From NCBI GenBank assembly GCA_035943095.1, contig DASZCN010000060.1:3710-67709 (forward strand): a stretch of 64,000 nucleotides of DNA, read 5' to 3'. The stretch comes from Gemmatimonadales bacterium. GTDB lineage: Bacteria > Gemmatimonadota > Gemmatimonadetes > Gemmatimonadales > GWC2-71-9. This document shows positions 59,789 through 64,000 of this stretch, piece by piece. A program made the position numbers and the translations under genes. Numbering within the stretch: the first letter of the stretch is position 1; each line of letters begins with the position of its first letter. The notes under the pieces were generated by a model. It had not been told where the DNA came from. It ran no database searches and saw nothing but the letters and a program-made list of their open reading frames with translations.

Positions 59789-59792
<4 letters not shown>
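57381..59792 (-). CDS. bamA: Outer membrane protein assembly factor BamA
   Basis: POTRA repeats (I.ISGN..T...VIRE), IPLRGY (VRGF-equivalent), PLGPIGIDWAYG, C-terminal F. Confidence 0.93.
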
Positions 59793-62272
<2,480 letters not shown>

Positions 62273-62294
62273 CTCCCCCCCGTACTCCCCAGCC

Positions 62295-63368
62295 TCACGC
62301 CGCCTCGGCCTCGAGCATACGGCGAACGTAGGTGGCCCGGACCGTCGGCAAGTCAGGATCGCCGGTTTGCCGCCCGTCCAACGCCGCCAGATGCGCGGGC
62401 TGAGTGAAAATCATCAGCTTGTTGAGTGTGTATACACTCAAGCCCGGAATCAGATTCAGCCCGACCCCCAACCGTACGCCACTCAATAGGTTCATCGTCT
62501 CTTCGAACGTCAACTTGCGCGCGTACTTGAGCAGTCCGTAGGCCCGCCACGTCTTGTCCGCCACCTCATCGGGCGCGGTCCGGAGCAGCACGTCGCGCGC
62601 CTGCTCCTCGTACTCGATCACCTGGCGTACGATCTTGCCGAGGTGGTCGAGCAGCTCATCCTCCGACTTGCCGAGGGTCGTCTGGTTCGACAACTGAAAG
62701 AAGTTGCCGACGATCTCGCTCCCCTCCCCGTATAAACCCCGATGGGTCAGTCCGACCTGAGCGAGCCCCTGCAATACCTTGCCGACTTCCTTTGTCAAAA
62801 CAAGGCCCGGCAAGTGGATAAGTACACTCGCGCGAAGCCCTGTCCCGGCGTTCGTCGGGCAGGAGGTAAGATAGCCAAATTCCGGGTGAAACGCGAAGGG
62901 CAAGAGCGCCCCGAGGTCCGCGTCGAGCGCCTCCAAGTCCGCGTAGGCGTCCTCCAACGCGAATCCCGAACGCATTCCGTGCAATCGCAAGTGGTCTTCC
63001 TCATTCACCATGACGCCCACGGTACCCTGCACCATCAGCGCGGCACCAGGCCGGGGCCGTACCTCACGGTCCAGCGCCGCCAGCTCCTTGGACACGAGAT
63101 GGCGCTCGTGCAACAGCTGCCGGTCGGCACGCTCGAGCTGATCCAGTCGGATGGTCACGGCGCCCCGGAGCAGGTCGCTCGCCGCGCCAGCCTCTTCCAC
63201 CCGCGTGAGGACCGCCGTGCGGTCGGTGTCCTTGGCGCGCTGGCTGAAGACGTATCCTTCGAGGTTCCGCGCCAGGCGGATCCGCGTGGACAGGACGATG
63301 CTGCCTTTCGGCCCGGACGCGTCCAGCCAGCCGATACCGCCGTCCGGGAGCAACGAGAGGTCGATCAC
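62295..63368 (-). CDS. mcsB: Protein-arginine kinase McsB
   Basis: STRIRLARN, NEEDHLR, CPTNAGTGLRAS..HLP; GTG 63368; between mcsA and clpC. Confidence 0.93.
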   Translation of the reverse strand: MIDLSLLPDGGIGWLDASGPKGSIVLSTRIRLARNLEGYVFSQRAKDTDRTAVLTRVEEAGAASDLLRGAVTIRLDQLERADRQLLHERHLVSKELAALDREVRPRPGAALMVQGTVGVMVNEEDHLRLHGMRSGFALEDAYADLEALDADLGALLPFAFHPEFGYLTSCPTNAGTGLRASVLIHLPGLVLTKEVGKVLQGLAQVGLTHRGLYGEGSEIVGNFFQLSNQTTLGKSEDELLDHLGKIVRQVIEYEEQARDVLLRTAPDEVADKTWRAYGLLKYARKLTFEETMNLLSGVRLGVGLNLIPGLSVYTLNKLMIFTQPAHLAALDGRQTGDPDLPTVRATYVRRMLEAEAA

Positions 63369-63862
63369 TCGAGCACCCGAATGCGGTCGCGCAGCTCGGC
63401 CGCGAGCTCGAAGTTCTCGCTCTCGACCGCTCGCCGGAGCTGCTCCTTCAAATCGAGGAGGCGGAGTCGCGGATCGGCCGAGCCTTCGGCACCCGGGGCG
63501 ATATACCGCTCGCCGACGTGCTGGCTCGAGCCGTGCAGCCGGCGGAGCAGATCGCGCAGGTGCGGGCCGAACGATTCGTAGCACTGCGCGCACCCGAGGC
63601 GGCCCGACTCCCGGAAATCCTTGAGCGTGCTCCCGCACGCCGAGCAGCGGAGCCCGTCGGCCGGCGTGGGAAGGACGTTGCCGCCCTTCCCGATCATCCC
63701 CTGGAGGAAGCCCCCGAGCGGCGTCTTCAGCACCGCCGCGCCGGTCTCGACGCCCCTCTGCTGGGCGCACTGCTCGCACAGGTGCAGCGTGACCTTCGTG
63801 TCGTGCTCCACCGTGGTCAGGTTCACGACCGCGTCGCGCTCCTTGCAGTTATCACACAGCAT
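63365..63862 (-). CDS. mcsA: McsA (CXXC motifs + UVR domain)
   Basis: CDNC, LCEQCA, CSACG, GRLGCAQCY, HVG, ENFELAAELRD.I. Confidence 0.93.
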   Translation of the reverse strand: MLCDNCKERDAVVNLTTVEHDTKVTLHLCEQCAQQRGVETGAAVLKTPLGGFLQGMIGKGGNVLPTPADGLRCSACGSTLKDFRESGRLGCAQCYESFGPHLRDLLRRLHGSSQHVGERYIAPGAEGSADPRLRLLDLKEQLRRAVESENFELAAELRDRIRVLE

Positions 63863-64000
63863 CAGGGTATCGCGTCCACCGAGGCCACCGCCGCCAGGCG
63901 ACCATCCTCGAGCATCAGGATCCGATCCGCCCGGCCTGCGAGCTGCCGGTTGTGAGTCACCACCACGACCGCCGTCTCGTACTCCCGCGCGAGCCGGAAG
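63862..64000 (-). CDS. ABC transporter ATP-binding protein, LolD-like, C-terminal part (truncated by window edge)
   Basis: AVVVVTHNRQLAGRADRILMLEDGRL; TGATG overlap with mcsA. Confidence 0.7.
   Translation of the reverse strand, partial: FRLAREYETAVVVVTHNRQLAGRADRILMLEDGRLAAVASVDAIP

Overview
High-GC bacterial chromosome segment. Gene content and order suggest Gemmatimonadota or a related FCB-group diderm (inference). About 65 mostly housekeeping genes. Left arm (1-26.9 kb) is almost all + strand: mqnA/mqnC, purE, ispF, xerD, Fpg/Nei, kdsB-pyrG-kdsA-kdsC-kdsD-lptC-lptA-lptB-rpoN, a surface glycosylation cluster, dapF. Right arm (27-64 kb) is almost all - strand: tRNA-Arg(CCT), apt, surE/pcm, gpsA-plsY-der, two paralogous TPR proteins, tRNA-Gly(CCC), larC, thrC, uvrC, murJ, bshC, gdhA and a long coupled lolD-mcsA-mcsB-clpC-bamA-skp-lpx chain. 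The arms converge on a 28-bp dif-like XerCD site at 26972-26999, so the window probably spans the replication terminus. The strongest candidate for an undescribed system is a two-gene cassette at 17.0-20.0 kb. An AraC-type DNA-binding domain is fused to a YVTN/YncE beta-propeller, followed by a lipoprotein carrying a paralogous propeller. The same 12-bp motif (11/12 identical) starts 102 nt before each predicted start codon. Other oddities: LptB with a 153-aa N-terminal extension, a probable ACG start for lpxD, a gnnA-like gene between lpxA and lpxB, and a periodic GGAGG/CCTCC inverted repeat behind tRNA-Arg. No CRISPR array, rRNA, transposase or prophage was seen. All product calls come from motif recognition; no database searches were run.
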